Origin: Lama guanicoe
Lineage: Eukaryota
Length of the DNA stretch: 64,000 nucleotides
Direction: 5' to 3'
Assembly: GCA_013239625.1 (NCBI GenBank)
Contig: MU055609.1
Span: 22,607,688 to 22,671,687 of the forward strand
The translations under genes and the position numbers were made by a program. The notes under the pieces are model-generated. The model was not told the DNA's origin, made no database searches, and saw only the letters and a list, made by a program, of their open reading frames with translations. Below, piece after piece: positions 48,101 to 61,039 of the stretch; within the stretch, counting starts at the first letter, position 1; each line of letters starts with the position of its first letter.

Positions 48101-49664
48101 GGCTGATGTGCAGGAGTCAGGGAAGGGGAGGGAGCGAGGAAGGGACTAGAGGGGGACTGGTCACTTGGCACCTGCTCACAGGTCAGGACCGGCTCTCATT
48201 CCCTCCTCATCACAGCTCTGAGTGAGAGGCCAGTCTTGACCTATTTTTCAGACGAGGAAACAGGCTCAGCCAGGTTAAGCCCAAAGTCCCAGAGCTGGTG
48301 ACTGTCAGCAACCAGGAGAGGAACCTGGGCTGGCCTGGCTCCAAAGTCACCCTCCTTCTTGGATCTACGTGGATGGTTCCAGGTTCCTCCTGTGACCCAC
48401 TGGGCCTCCTCCATACCCAATGCAGCCCGGCCCTCCCCCACTCCCTCCTGACCCCTCCCCACTCCTGTTGTGGCCTCAGCTCTGGTCCTGTGAGTCTCCT
48501 GGGCCCTCAGGCTCTCAGACACCCCCTTCGCCCTCCATCTCTTTCCCCACCTCCCCTCCCCCTGCGTCCACCTTGTTTGCTCTCTGTCTTGTCCCCCCAC
48601 CATGGACACATAGAAGCCCCTTGGGGTCCCCCCGCCCCTCACAAGGTCATCTTGGGGAGTGGGGGGGCCTTGGGAACAGAGACCCATGCCTTTCCTGGCC
48701 TCACCTCTTACTGGTGTACGAAGGTAAGAAGGAAAGTGAAGAAAGAGGCCAAAACACTTGACTCGGAATGAAGCACGCTTGTGCCAAATGGCTATCAGCG
48801 CTCTTACGGTGGAATATGTTTTGTTTAATACCTTGATCTCTAGTCTGCAAGAAAAATGAATTCTGTCAAATCTCTTGAAGCCAGCTGTCAAAATAAAGCA
48901 TTTTGGGGGAGACAGATCTCTTACTCTGATGGCAAAATTCATTCGAAATGATTCTCTAATCCAGTCTCCTTGCAAAAACTGCAGCTGAAATTTAAAAACA
49001 TGTTCACCCTAAACGGTTTTCCCCACTTCTCACACCTGCCTTCCCTCCCAGCACCCCATCCTCCATCTCTTTACAAAATAATGCAGCAGAGAATTGCCTC
49101 TGGCATAATGATACCCTCTTTTGGTTTCTCCTAACAATATTTTAGGGGGAAAATGGCAAAGCACAAAACCTGTCTCTCTGACTTGGGGAAGGAGGCACCG
49201 GCTGACAAAGGCTCCAGCAGCCCAGCGGACTGACTGCGCATGGGGCAGGCAGGCGTTTGGACCTGCCAGCAGGATGGAGAGGCGAGGGGATGCCGGGGAG
49301 GACAGCGGTGCCTCATTCCTGCCGGAGCAAAGGGGCTGCTGCTTTTTCTCAAATCCTTGCTCTGCACCCTGCATTTCTCTTCTCCATTTGTGCCCCTCCC
49401 AGAACCTCACCATGTATTTGGGCCCAGCACTTCCAAATTTACAAAATACTTCATTTATTCATTTGTTCGTGCATTCAATCGTATTGTTCACACTGTGGTA
49501 ATTGGAGCTCACTATGGGTCACGATCTGTATGAAGCTCTGGGGACACAAAGACCTGCAAAACACAGCCTCTGCCCCCAGGATTCCCGGGTTTGAAAGGGA
49601 AGAGGAGTATAGTCAAATGGCCGTCACCCTTATGAGGGGTGTGCCAGCACACAGTAGATGCTTC

Positions 49665-50590
49665 TGTCAGTTAGAATGTTGTGGCAAGCAGGTAACAGGA
49701 ACTCAACAACAGGCTGGCTCAGGCAATTAAGACATGAAATGCTCTCCCATAACCAGATATTTTAGAGCAGGGTTTGGCATCTATGGGCCATGGGCCACTT
49801 TGGTTCCCTGGCTGCTTTTGTGTGTCCCACGAGCTAAGGGTGGTTTTTACAGATGAACATTTACAATCAATCTGATGACAGGGAAAACTAACTTTGATCT
49901 CCAGGTCAGTAACCCTTTGAAAAAGAATGCCATTGTTCTCATTAATAAACCTGTGTTATTAAAAATTGCACTTGAGTATTATAATTTGAATTTCATCCAT
50001 GAAATATTTGTGGGAATCCATTTTCTCTCTTATTAAATACTTACATAATATCCTCATTTTGGCCTCTTGATCTTGGCTTACGAAGCCTAAATCATTTACT
50101 GTCTTTCCTTCCATAGAAAATATTTGCTGACTGTTCTCCAAGGAGGTGGTTTTAGCTTGGTCAGATGCTTAGGGATGTCAACAAAGACCTTTTTCCTCTT
50201 TACCAACCTTAACTATGTTGGCTTTTTGTTCTTAGCTTTTTGCTTCTGGTTACAAGGTGACTGCCACAGCTCCAAACATCATGTGCTCTCGTGACAGTAT
50301 TTGAATCAGAAAGAAAGGGGGTGAAGGAGGGACAGAAAAGAACACTTCTTGGAGGCAGCTCTCTCCTTATGAGAAGATTTTTACTCACACCTCAATGGCG
50401 AGATCTGGGTCACAATCTCACACCTAAAACAATCTCTAGAGAAAGGGGCTCGGGTGCTAGGCTTGGCTTCAACTCTAGGTGGGGGCCACCAGGCTTGAGC
50501 CTATTACTGCAGAACAAACCCAGGGTTCTGTGCGTGAAGGAAAGAGGGGTGGGCTGCTGGGCAGGCAGCCGTGAGTGTCCACCACCTTCT
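49665..50590 (-). mobile_element. Old MLT1-type LTR interrupted by MER58D
   Basis: Terminus tgtcagttagaatgttgtggcaagcaggtaacagg; the element resumes after 50137 (ggttacaaggtgactgccacagctccaaacatca). Confidence 0.6.
49768..50137. mobile_element. MER58D-like hAT-Charlie DNA transposon
   Basis: gagctaagggtggtttttacagatgaacattt...acataatatcctc...aagcctaaatcatttact...gaaaatatttgctgac matches recalled MER58D. Confidence 0.75.
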
Positions 50591-53479
50591 CATCAGTGCT
50601 TGTGACTGAGTGTCCCAGGCCGTGTGGGGTCTGGGCTGGTGGCCAAGCCTGAGCCCTGCGGGCAGAAAGCCCTGCTCTGAGCCTCTGTCCCCTTCGGGCT
50701 GTATGATCAGGGAAGTACGGGACCCACCAGAGGCATAGCCCCCTCCCCTGGGAGAGGGGACGTAACAGCACCTGCCGCGTAGGGCGCTTGTGAAGGTGAC
50801 GTGGGGTCATGTGAGTGCAGGCGCCAGGCCCAAGGGGGTGTTAGCAGCTGGTGGCCATTGCAGCGATTAGCCCCATGTGTAAAATGGGCCTGTGTGCCTC
50901 CTCTGTCACAGCCCCAAGGTGACGACAGCGGGAGCATCAGTTCACACAGGTGAACACTTCCTGCCAGTGCTGGGCGCCCTTCACCCGCTCTCGCTCCCTG
51001 AGTCCTCACAGCCACCCCGTGAGGAGGGAGCTGTGCTCACCCCCACTTTACAGCTGAGGAAACTGAGGCTCAAGGGGTGACCCCAGGTTGAGTGAGGGCA
51101 GATGGGGCTCCAGGATTGTCAGGTTCCAGCCACCGTGCTCTGAACCCCTGCAGGGCCCTGGGTGGAGCCACAGGCAGGTGATCAGGTAACCACTCCCTGC
51201 TGACTGTCACCTGTCCAGGCTGGTGGCTGGGGCTGACCTTACCCTGAACCCACTCTCTGTCCCTCCCGGAGCTCCAGGACCCCAGGACCTGCCTGTGGTG
51301 CAGGGAGATTTGCCCACCATCCCTGCTGCCCCTCCTCCCCAGGATGATGAATGAACATGTTCTGTGTCCTGGATGGTGGGACACATGACTGTCACTGTGT
51401 CTTGGTGGTGAACTGGCACCTTGCATTCTGGGGGAAACAACAGACACTTGTGCAGAACATAAGCATATGCTAATGATGGATAATTAGCCTCCATATTTAT
51501 AGATTTATCAAAATATGCAAAGCCACTTCTGACAATTATATACCTACAGCACATCACATTTAATAACCACACATGGGGCTCCTGGCCAGCACCATGACAC
51601 AAGCTTGGGTACCAAATGTGAAATGAAACGCTCAGCCCAGCCCTGGAATGGGCCTTGGCTGTCACCCCTGCTGGCCCCCGAGTCGGACCAGCACCCACTC
51701 CCACCATTTCCAGTCTTCATGGTCCTCTCATCTCCCAGAGAGGTGGCCTAGTCTGTGTGTGTGTGGGGGGGGACGACCCAGGCAGAGGGGGCAGTACTGA
51801 TGAGGGCTTGGAGGAGGAGGGAGGGGCTCACTTGAAGGACCTGTGACAAGCTGTGGCTGGGGTGGTGTGAGGAGCCCGGGGAAGAGAAGCTTCATTAAGG
51901 AGGGGGTCAAGGAGCAGCTTCTCTCTGTCCCCCACACCCCTACAGTGGAGCTGAGGGAATGAAGCCCCAACTCCCAGGCTCTTGGCAGAGGCTGAGAACT
52001 GGGTGCTGGTCCCAGAGATAAGTGGCAAAGCCAAGACTTAAATCCAGGCCTGTCCCCTTGGACTCCCAATGTTAGCATTTTTATGTCCAATGACTATAAC
52101 TGATAGTTACACTTTAATAGTCTGATTTCAACATTCAGTGAACGCGGCCTCTGGGACTGTAAGATGTCCCACAGGCGGGACAGGCAGCTCCCCACCCTCA
52201 ACCTGAGCCTCCCTGAGGCTCTAAGTCACCCCTCTTTCCTTTTTAAATCCCGTCCAAACCACCCGAGGCCTCTCCCTTCTCCGGGGCCCACTCCAGACTT
52301 TCTGGGTTTCTGGCTGTCACAAAATGTAATCAGCTATGACAATGACAATTAGAACAATTGTGCCTGATGAGAAACTCCCACTAGATTTAGGGCCCCCAGT
52401 GAGTCACACCTCTGGAGCCAAGGTGACCACCAGACACCCGGCTGTGCCTGACAGTCTCCACCCAGCAGGCAGCGTGGCCACAGTGGCAAAGTGACAGTGT
52501 CCCTTTTGAGCAGTGCTGCCCACGGCACCTGGGCCCCTGCAGGGAGCCCACCCAGGCCCTGTGGGTTCCAGTATCTCCCCTTCCTTACTCTGCACCCCCG
52601 CTCTCTCCCCTCCTGCTCGCAGGACCGCATCTCACTGCTGATCTCTGGGGCTCTCCTGGGGGTTCTGCTGCATCTGATCCCAGACCCTGACGGAGGAGGC
52701 GCCATCCCTGTGAGTGGTCCTGAGCTCCAGACAATGATTAGGCACAGGCTTTGGTCAAGCCTGGTTCCAGTCTGGGTTCTGCCACTTCCTGGCTGTGAGA
52801 CCTTGGGACAGTTGCTTAACCTCTCTGGGCTCAGTGCCCTCCTGTGTGAGTTGAAGATAATAATGGTTTCTGCCTTATGGGCTGGAGGCCAGACTTAGAT
52901 GTGATGATACAGTCATAGGCTCAGGGATCACAGTAAACACTCTATGGGTGAGGGCTGTTATTATTATTATTGTTGCTAGTGTTGCATCATGGCCGGTGAT
53001 TTCTTTGGCTCCAAGGGCGTGAGGGTGAGCAGCTCCTCCCGCCCCTGGAGGACACTGACCCTGCTCTGGCTTCTCACCACTGGAGCAGTGAGACAATCCC
53101 ACAGATCCAGGCTCAGATTCAGCCTCCAGCCCTTACTCCCTGTGTGACTTGGGCTAGTGGCTTACCCTCTGTGAGCCTCATCAGTTGTCCTCTCTGTAAA
53201 ATGGGTACAGTAACACTGACTACATAGGGTTACTGTGAGGATTGGATGAGGAGGGTATATTTGCTGGAGGCAGGTTCCTAGGCTCAAATCATGTGAGGGT
53301 ATGACCTTGGGCAAACTCCTCCTGGTCTCTGTGCCTTAGATCCTCAGCTGTGAAGCAGTATTCGCTTCCGCGGAAGCTTTTATTATGCCAGGCCCCGAGG
53401 GAGTGACGGCGTTGAGGGCCCTCTAAAGATCCCCCTTCCTGCCACCACTGCATTCAGGGATGAGAGACTGAGGCCAAGA

Positions 53480-53730
53480 GACACTAAATTAAACGTTTGA
53501 GAACAAGACAGTATATGACTGTGCTAAATTATGCAGGGCAGACAATTAGAGAACAAAACCGTCTGTGATAAAGGGCTAATGGGGCGGGACAGACGCTCAG
53601 AGCACCGGGAGCCAGAGACGCAGCCGGGGACAGGGATGGCCGCGCCGGCGGGCCCCAGCACTCTCCGTAATAACACTTGGAAAGTGCAGACATTAATATA
53701 AAAGAGTATATAAATCACTGACAGCTCACC
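53480..53730. promoter_or_regulatory. Candidate developmental enhancer with a PBX-HOX/MEIS composite site
   Basis: ATAAATCA (53710-53717, reverse complement TGATTTAT) sits next to TGACAG (53719-53724). Multiple TAAT cores and a small CpG-rich core (53590-53670). Confidence 0.45.
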
Positions 53731-53832
53731 CCCCCAAAGAGAGCAGTTTTTACTACTAACAACCTTTCTTCTTTCCTTTTTCTTTTCATATACAAGTATG
53801 TATTTTCATAATTGATTTCACATTGGTGTGAC

Positions 53833-54190
53833 TGTCAGGATAAGCTAGGGTATGATGCAGTAACAAACAACCCTCTGAAACAACCAAGGCTATTCTCAAG
53901 GCTATTTGTGTCATGTGCCCACTATGGTTAACGGGGAGGGCATTGCTTGTCACAGGTCCCAGGGACACTCACTGATGGAGGCTCTGCCTTCTCAGGATGT
54001 CAGCATCTCCCCCACGTGCTTCTCAGCTGTGGTGGGGAGGATCGAGTGGGAGAGTTGAGCTCCGACCCTGGAAAAGGCACTCCCCGCCTCCATTCATGTT
54101 TCCTTGACCAAAGCAAGTCTCAAGGGGACCTCTGACATGAAGGTGACAGGGACATGCTGTTCCCAGTTGCAGGGAGCAAGGAGCAGCTCA
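53833..54190 (-). mobile_element. MLT1-type LTR
   Basis: Terminus tgtcaggataagctagggtatgatgcagtaacaaacaaccc and internal ttgaccaaagcaagtc. Confidence 0.65.
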
Positions 54191-57100
54191 GGAGAGCTGG
54201 GTCTTGGTGAACCCCTGCTGTGCCCTCCACGCACTGCACACACACATTTGGGTCTTTCTTACCTGACACTCCAGTCTGACCAGTTCTCTGTCTCTTCACA
54301 TATTCTTGGAAATAGTCTGTTTGATTAATGTTCCTACTGAACTCCCACTTTTGAAATGTGAACGGTTTCATCTTTTTAACTGTCATAAATAATACTACAG
54401 TGGATATCTTTATTTTTTAATCTTCCTCCAAATTTCTATTTTGTTAGAAGAGATTCCTGTAAGAAGATGTTGGGTAAAATAGTATGAAGTTTTAAAAATG
54501 AATAATGCCTAGTATGTATGGAGTGGATAATTCTTAAGTCCTTTTAGTCTGACTTTCTTGTAACCCCAGATCTGCTATGTTCTCCCCTTCTCCAGGCTCC
54601 CACCTGGCTTCATCACCATCATGCCTGGGCCGCCGCAGTGGTCTCCTGCCTGGACCCTCCCTTGCTCCACTCCTGTCACTCTCCCCACAGCAGCCAGGTG
54701 ACCCAGTGAGACAGGGCAGATCTGTCCCTGCTCTGGGTGCCCCACAGCTCCTGCCTCACTGGGACACAGTCCATGTGGACAGTGACCCCGGGCCCTTCAT
54801 CTTCCCCACTGCCTCCCATCCCATTCCTCATCAGTCACTCCCCTCCAGCCCTACATCCTTCCTGGACCAGGAGCCCTGGGCTTGTTCCTCCTCACGGCCT
54901 GGCCTTGCCCTTCCCTCCAGCTGGAGCCTCTTCCTGTGTCTGCCTGGCTCCCTTCCTCCCCTTCTTCAAGGCTTTGCCCCAGTGTCACCTGCTCTGACGG
55001 TGAATCCCTGGGCAGTCTCGCTCTGCCCACCTCTGCAGCCTCAGCACCTGCCAAGTGCCCCTCATTCAAGATGGCCCAGTCACACAGGCCTTTCTTCCAC
55101 CACTTGAACCTCAGAGCCTTTGCACCTGTTGCTTCCTCTGCCTGGAGCATCCTCCATGGCATCTCACCTGGCTGACTCCTATTTGTCCATCAGGTCTCAG
55201 CCTAGAAGTTCTGCTCCCTCCAGGAAGCCCACCTGACCTTTGCCTGGCAGGGTAGTTCCCCCGAGGGCCTCATCTTGTTATAGCTGATTTGTTATGTAAT
55301 TATTGCTTTAATTTCAGTTTCAGTTGGAAACCCTGAAGGGCACGGACCGTGTCTGCCCTAGTCACCCTGCACCCTGGCATCTTGCTCCGGACTTGGTACA
55401 GAGCAGGTGCTTAATTATATTGGGGACCCGGCCTGTCTAGGGGCTTGCTGTTAGCACTGAGAGGCAACAGACCCCTGTGGGGAGAGGGAAGGGATGACAG
55501 GGCAGGGGACGTGGGCCAGTGTGGGACAAGCCATGCGAGTGCTGAAGGATGAGGACAGGGGCTGCCTGCTCTGCTCACAGCTGCTGAACCGCCAGGATGG
55601 ATGGAACCAGAATCCACAGCCCTCCGCAGACGAGGCCCTGCCTGTGCTGGTTAGTGGGCAGTCCTGAGTAGTCGGTCATGACCCCTCCCACCGGGCACAT
55701 ATCTTAGGTGAGAGTGAGGCGGGTGCATTAGGAAGTGAGCAGAACGCCTCCTTAGTCACAATACGATTTGGTTAAATGACTCACTCACATCATTTTCCTG
55801 GGATCACCCTCCGGCTCCTCGGCTGCCTTTCTTCTCCCCATCTTTCCTCCCCTCACGATGCTGTATCACTTCTTTCACTCTTCTCTTTGCTTACCTACAG
55901 GCCAGCAGAACAAGAAAGGAGGGCGCACAGCTGACTGTGGAGCCCCTTTTGCTGGAACCAAAGAAACCATTTTGCAAATAGCACGAAACGATTAGAAATT
56001 AGAACAGTATTTACATCAGTTACAGCTGGAGAGGGACGGAAAGATGGTCTAGGGGTCAGGGCTGAGGTGGAGACCTCCCCTTGGTAATGGGGGCAGCATG
56101 GGGGTGGCACTGGATGGGAGCCACAACTGGGCCTTAGTGAGCCCTGTGGGCTCCACCCAGAACCTCTGTATGTGTGGACAGGTGTGCAGATACATGTAGC
56201 ACACACCAGACACACATACAAACATACCCCATGTACACACACGCACACAGGTACATTCTCTCCCACATGCACACACCCAACCGGATCTAGTCCATTCTTC
56301 TCCTTAGATTTCTCTTAAGTCACCTGTTTTTTTTTTTTTGTGTGTGTGTGCCCACTGCCATGACCTTGTGTGATCTCCATCAGCTCTCACCTGCACCCTG
56401 CGATATCCTTGTCTTCACTACTCCCTGGCCACAATCATTCATGTATTCATTCATCACATGTTTGTCCAGCCCCTCCTGTATGCCAGGTGCTGTCTGGGCC
56501 CTTGGGAGATGGCAGTGTTTCATGAAGCTCACATCCCACCACAGCCTGCTGCCCTCAAGCCTCTGGCCACTCCACAGACCCCAGCTGACACTCAGGCCCA
56601 TCTCCCACCACTTCCCTCCCACCCTCTGGGCCCTGGTCACTCTGCACTCTCATTCCTCTGGGCCTTTGCACCAGCTGTTCCAGCTGTGTAGAACACCATT
56701 CCAGCCTGGTATCAACTTGCCCAGCCGGCTTCAGTGTCTCTGCCTCAGAAGAGCATCTCTGACTACCCCTTGTCCCAGACTGGTCACTTCCTCTTCTCTG
56801 TGCCCTTCCATTGCCTAGCTCCTTACCCCATCAGTCCCCTGGTCTCTGTTCTCAGTGTCTAACATGCAACTGCCTCCTCCCTCAGACTATGAACTCCTGG
56901 AGGGCAGGGCTGGATCTGGTTCACTCTTGGGGCATAAATCAGAAAGAAGGTGGTTGCCAAGTGGGTCCCTCCCCTGTTCCTTGGCTCCTGCTTTGCTCTT
57001 CCTTCCCCCCAAGCTTTTACCTTAGAATCCTCCCCAGGCCTCCGGGCTCCACCCACTCTGACCCCGCCCCCACCGGTAAGTGCATCCAGGCGTTGCTCAG

Positions 57101-57329
57101 CGGGGTCCCTGCATTTGGAGACTGGGCTCCCCATAGCCATTTGGACCTGAGAGAGGAAACCAGTGATGGAATTTCAGGCACGACAGAAAGAACATTTTTA
57201 GGAACTGGGAAGGAAGTTCTTTCCAGTTTTTTTAATGTCGCCATGTGGGTTATCCGTTGCTTTACTTTCCTCTGAGTTTGCTCCAATGCCTCTCGGGTGC
57301 TATTGGTGGGCTTCCTGGGGGCAAGGCCC

Positions 57330-58115
57330 AGGAAAGTTTGGGGCTCCCTAAGACTGCGGAGGTCCCAGGAGTTTCTAACCCCCACACTAGTCCACACTCA
57401 GCCTCCAGCAATTTATCACAGTTGCACTGAAGCGTTCCCACCAGATTATGGTGACAAAGATTCTCTCCTGGACCAAACTCTACCCAAGCTTCTCTGAACT
57501 CTTTTCTCAACTGGGCCCTGACTTGTGGGCTTCCGTTTTCTCCTCTGCATTCTCCAGTTTTAGCAAGAGTCCTGCTAAGTCAGTTTAACCAGCCACCCTA
57601 GACCTCTGGTCACCCTCCCTCTCTGATCGGGTCCCTCATCCTCCACTGTTCCCCATGTGATGTCTGATCACCCAGGTTGTCTTCAGCAAGAATCCTGTTA
57701 AGTTAGCTTAGCCAGAATCCTCTCTTACCTCTGATGTTTCCTCTTAGTCATTTTCCATCCACTGACCCCCCACCCTGTTCCTTGGTTATAAATTCCTGCT
57801 TTTTCTTGTTAGATTTGGGGTTGAGCCCAGTCTCTCTCTCCCCTACTACAAAACCTCGTTGTTACAGCAACCCATCCCCCGGAATAAAGTCTGCCTAATT
57901 ATTTTTTAATGAATGTCATGAATCAGTTTTTCCGTTGGCTCTGGTGGGTCTTGCTGTGACAGTCTTCATGTCCCCGTCTCTCCAGATTTTGGAGTGGCAG
58001 TTTGCCCTGCAATCTCAGTTCTCTGATGAGTCCAAGAAAAGTCACTGGTTTTCAGTGTTCCAGTTTTTCTTGTTATAAGGACAGGAGAAACAATTTTCAG
58101 ACCGAAACCAGAGGT
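57330..58115. mobile_element. Ancient repeat (probably an L1M 5' region) split by the MER31 LTR
   Basis: cactcagcctccagcaattt...ccagattatgg| LTR |tggctc...ctctccagattttggagtggcagtttgccctg...aaaccagaggtc reads as one continuous element. Confidence 0.55.
57452..57935 (+). mobile_element. MER31-like ERV1 solo LTR
   Basis: tgacaaagattctctcctggaccaaact...cagcaagaatcctgttaag...TATAAA (57787)...AATAAA (57883) matches recalled MER31. Confidence 0.8.
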
Positions 58116-59727
58116 CTGTCCAGTTGCACTTGGAATAAAATTCAACCTCTTTACTGAGTCCCCATCTGATCTAACCCCTGCCTACTGTGATGATCACTCT
58201 TGGGGCCAATGAATGACAATTCTGTTCTCCACTCGAGTTTGGAAGAAATCGAAACAAAGACACAGGAGTCAGGCAGATTTTAAAAATCCCTTTAAATACT
58301 GGTAAAGGTGATTGGAGAACACAGCACAGGGGAGGAGTGACGATGAGGTGCTAACACTCCATTGAATTGAATATACTCCCCCTAAACAGCAGCCTTCCCC
58401 ACCAGGGGCCCACGCATTAAGCTGACCATGTGGCTGAAGGTGGGCAGGAAGGCCCTGGGTGAGTGAGGAGTGAAGGAATGCCACAGTGAGTTCATGGGAA
58501 ACCACGGGGAATACTGTTACTGTCACTCCCCAAATGATGGTACAGGATGGTGGTTAAGGATGTGGGCTCTGGCATCTGAAAACCTGAGTTCAAATCCAGC
58601 CTCTGATATTTACTAGCTCTTGGATCTTAAATTCATTAATGAACCTTTCTAGGACTCATGAATTAACATCTGTAAAATGGGGTTATTGATATGTATCCTG
58701 TGGGCTTGATCGGAAGATGAAGTTAGTCAACACAAACCAAGGGCTTAGAATAGTAACAAACAGCCCTCAAGTCTTACTGAGTCTCAGTGAGTCAGCTCCA
58801 CTGTCTTTTTATCTTTCATCTTTGGACACCAGAAGCCTGCTTTGCCTCAGGGCCTTTGCATTTGCTGTTCTTTCTTTCAGGAATGCTCTGTCCCACATTT
58901 CGCATGGGTGCTCTTCTCAGCATTCATGTCTCAGCACCAATACCACCTGCTCCAAGAGGCCCTCCCTGGCCACCAAGACAAAGATACCTGTGTCAGCTCT
59001 CTATTACTACATCCCAATGAAGCCAGTGAACATTTGAGCCTTCAGGGAATAGCTTCTTCCTGCTACTGAAAGATGAGCCAAGGCCTAGTGCAGGTGTCAG
59101 AAAATCCAGTGCACGCTGGCTTAAACCATCAAGATAGAGGTGGGTTGGGTCTCAGGTACAGACTGATCCAGCATCTCAGCTCATTGTTGACTCAGGGGTG
59201 TCAGAGCTGGGGGACTGTGCATGGGAAAAACTGAGTCCTGAGGAGCTTCCTGGTCTCTCTTCATAGAGCTGGGGCCTAATCTTCTGCTTCATACTGAGTG
59301 GCTCCCTCCCATTAATCCCGAGAGGTAGAATTGGAGGCCCGTCCCCACATGTCCCTGATCCTCCTTCTGGTTTCCCTCACCCTCAGGTGTGGTGGCCGGG
59401 CAACCTCTCCAGCCTCATGTGCCCCGTCCTCACCTCCTCTCTTCCCCACCTCAGGCTCCAGTCACACTGAACCCTAGGAGGTCCGCGGTCGTGACACATG
59501 AACATCACATAGATTATTCCAGGTGCTGAGCTGAGGACTTCACATGCGTCATCGCATTCATCCATGCAACACATCTCTGATGTTTTCTATGTGCCACACA
59601 CTTGCCACACACTTTCCACACGCTTAGGAAAGAATCACAAACACAGACTCTCTCTTGATCTCCTGGAGCTTCCTATTTCCCTGGGGGAAAAAGACATCAG
59701 CCAAAGAAGAAAGAAAAATATTACAGA

Positions 59728-59930
59728 GGGGAGAATACAGTTCAGTGGTTAGAGCACATGCTTAGCATGCACGAGGTTCTGGGTTCAATCCCCAGTACCT
59801 CCACTAAAATAACTAACTAACTAACTAAATTAAAAAACCTAATCACCTCCACCCTCCAAAAAAAAAAAAAAGAGGCAAAAACCAAAACAAAACAAACCCC
59901 AACAAACAAAATAAATAAAATATTTTAAAA
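59728..59930 (+). mobile_element. tRNA-Ala-derived camelid SINE (vic-1 type) with A-rich tail and TSD
   Basis: A box (cagttcagtggttagagc), Ala-AGC anticodon arm (catgc-ttagcat-gcacg), B box GGTTCAATCCC (59782-59792), (TAAC)n and A-rich tail. TTACAGA is duplicated at 59721-59727 and 59933-59939. Confidence 0.88.
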
Positions 59931-61039
59931 AGTTACAGATGATTCCAACTTCCCGTCCAGGCTTTCAGAACAGATTCTATGCTGAGCTGTCATGTGATCT
60001 ATAATCCCCTTAAAAATATTATTAATTTGTTCTTCCTCCTCCGTCCGTCTGTTGGGTACTCACTGTTCCTTCCCACGGTCAAGGGCACGTGCCAGAAAGC
60101 AAAGGAGGCTTACCCAGCACCTGTCGCTTGCCGGACACGCTCATCTCATTCTGTCCCCACAACCAGGCTGCAAAGTGGATATTACTTTCCCCACTTTGCA
60201 GGCAAGGAAGTTGGGGATCCTGGCTCAGGGCAGAGGTCCCACCCAGAGCACCTGCTCTGGGTCTCTTGGCCACCCAGGGAGGGTCTGACAGACAGCGACA
60301 TGTTTTCTCTATCTCTGTCTCCCTGGAAGGGGCTCCCACCCTGCTCAAGACACTGTATTGCTATCAGTACAATGACAGTAATCACCAGGGCAGCAGCAGA
60401 AACAGCAGTTACCCTTCCTGGCAGCGCCCACCACATGACCGTCAATGTGCAAAGCACTTTGCTTATACGGTGCCATTTAATCTGTGTAAGAAACAGACAA
60501 AGCAGGTAATGGTCCCATTTCACACGCAAGGTATTGGCCCCATGGGAATGAAGGACAGGTCTAAGGGCACGGGTGAGTAGGGGCAGGACTTGAACTCAGA
60601 TCTGCCAGGTCCTTGACCAAGAGGGTGTGCCATTCATTGAAAGAAAGGAGGGACAGCCATTCCTGTAATGTGAGGAGAGAAGCCAGAAAGCAGGGGGAGA
60701 AGGAAACAGATACACAAAGAGAAACTGTGTTGAGAGGCCGTGAGCCCCTGAGAGCAGGTGGGCAGGGCAGTTGCCTAGGGTCCAAATGGGGGCTTTCAGC
60801 TCCCTGGTCCAGGCAAGCATCAGGCCAGGTGCCCCTAAGTTCCCAGAGACACCTTTGGAGACTGAACCCCCTCCCCCCACCATTTTTCTTTGCATGAATG
60901 ACACTGAGTGATTTTCTGTTATTTGCAAAGAGCCCCGACTCAGATGGCAAGGAAACCTGCTTATTTATTTATTTATTTATTTTAACAACCTGCTTTAAAA
61001 AAAAGCAACCATTCCAACAGTGAGTGTCTCTTGCTCAGA

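Noticed and set aside
48241-48975. 244-aa minus-strand ORF
   Set aside because: Non-ATG start; spans a MIR, a pyrimidine-rich tract and a likely regulatory island; no protein similarity recognised.
59728-59803. Possible tRNA-Ala(AGC) gene
   Set aside because: Imperfect stems, no T-run terminator, SINE tail and TSD indicate a retroposon.
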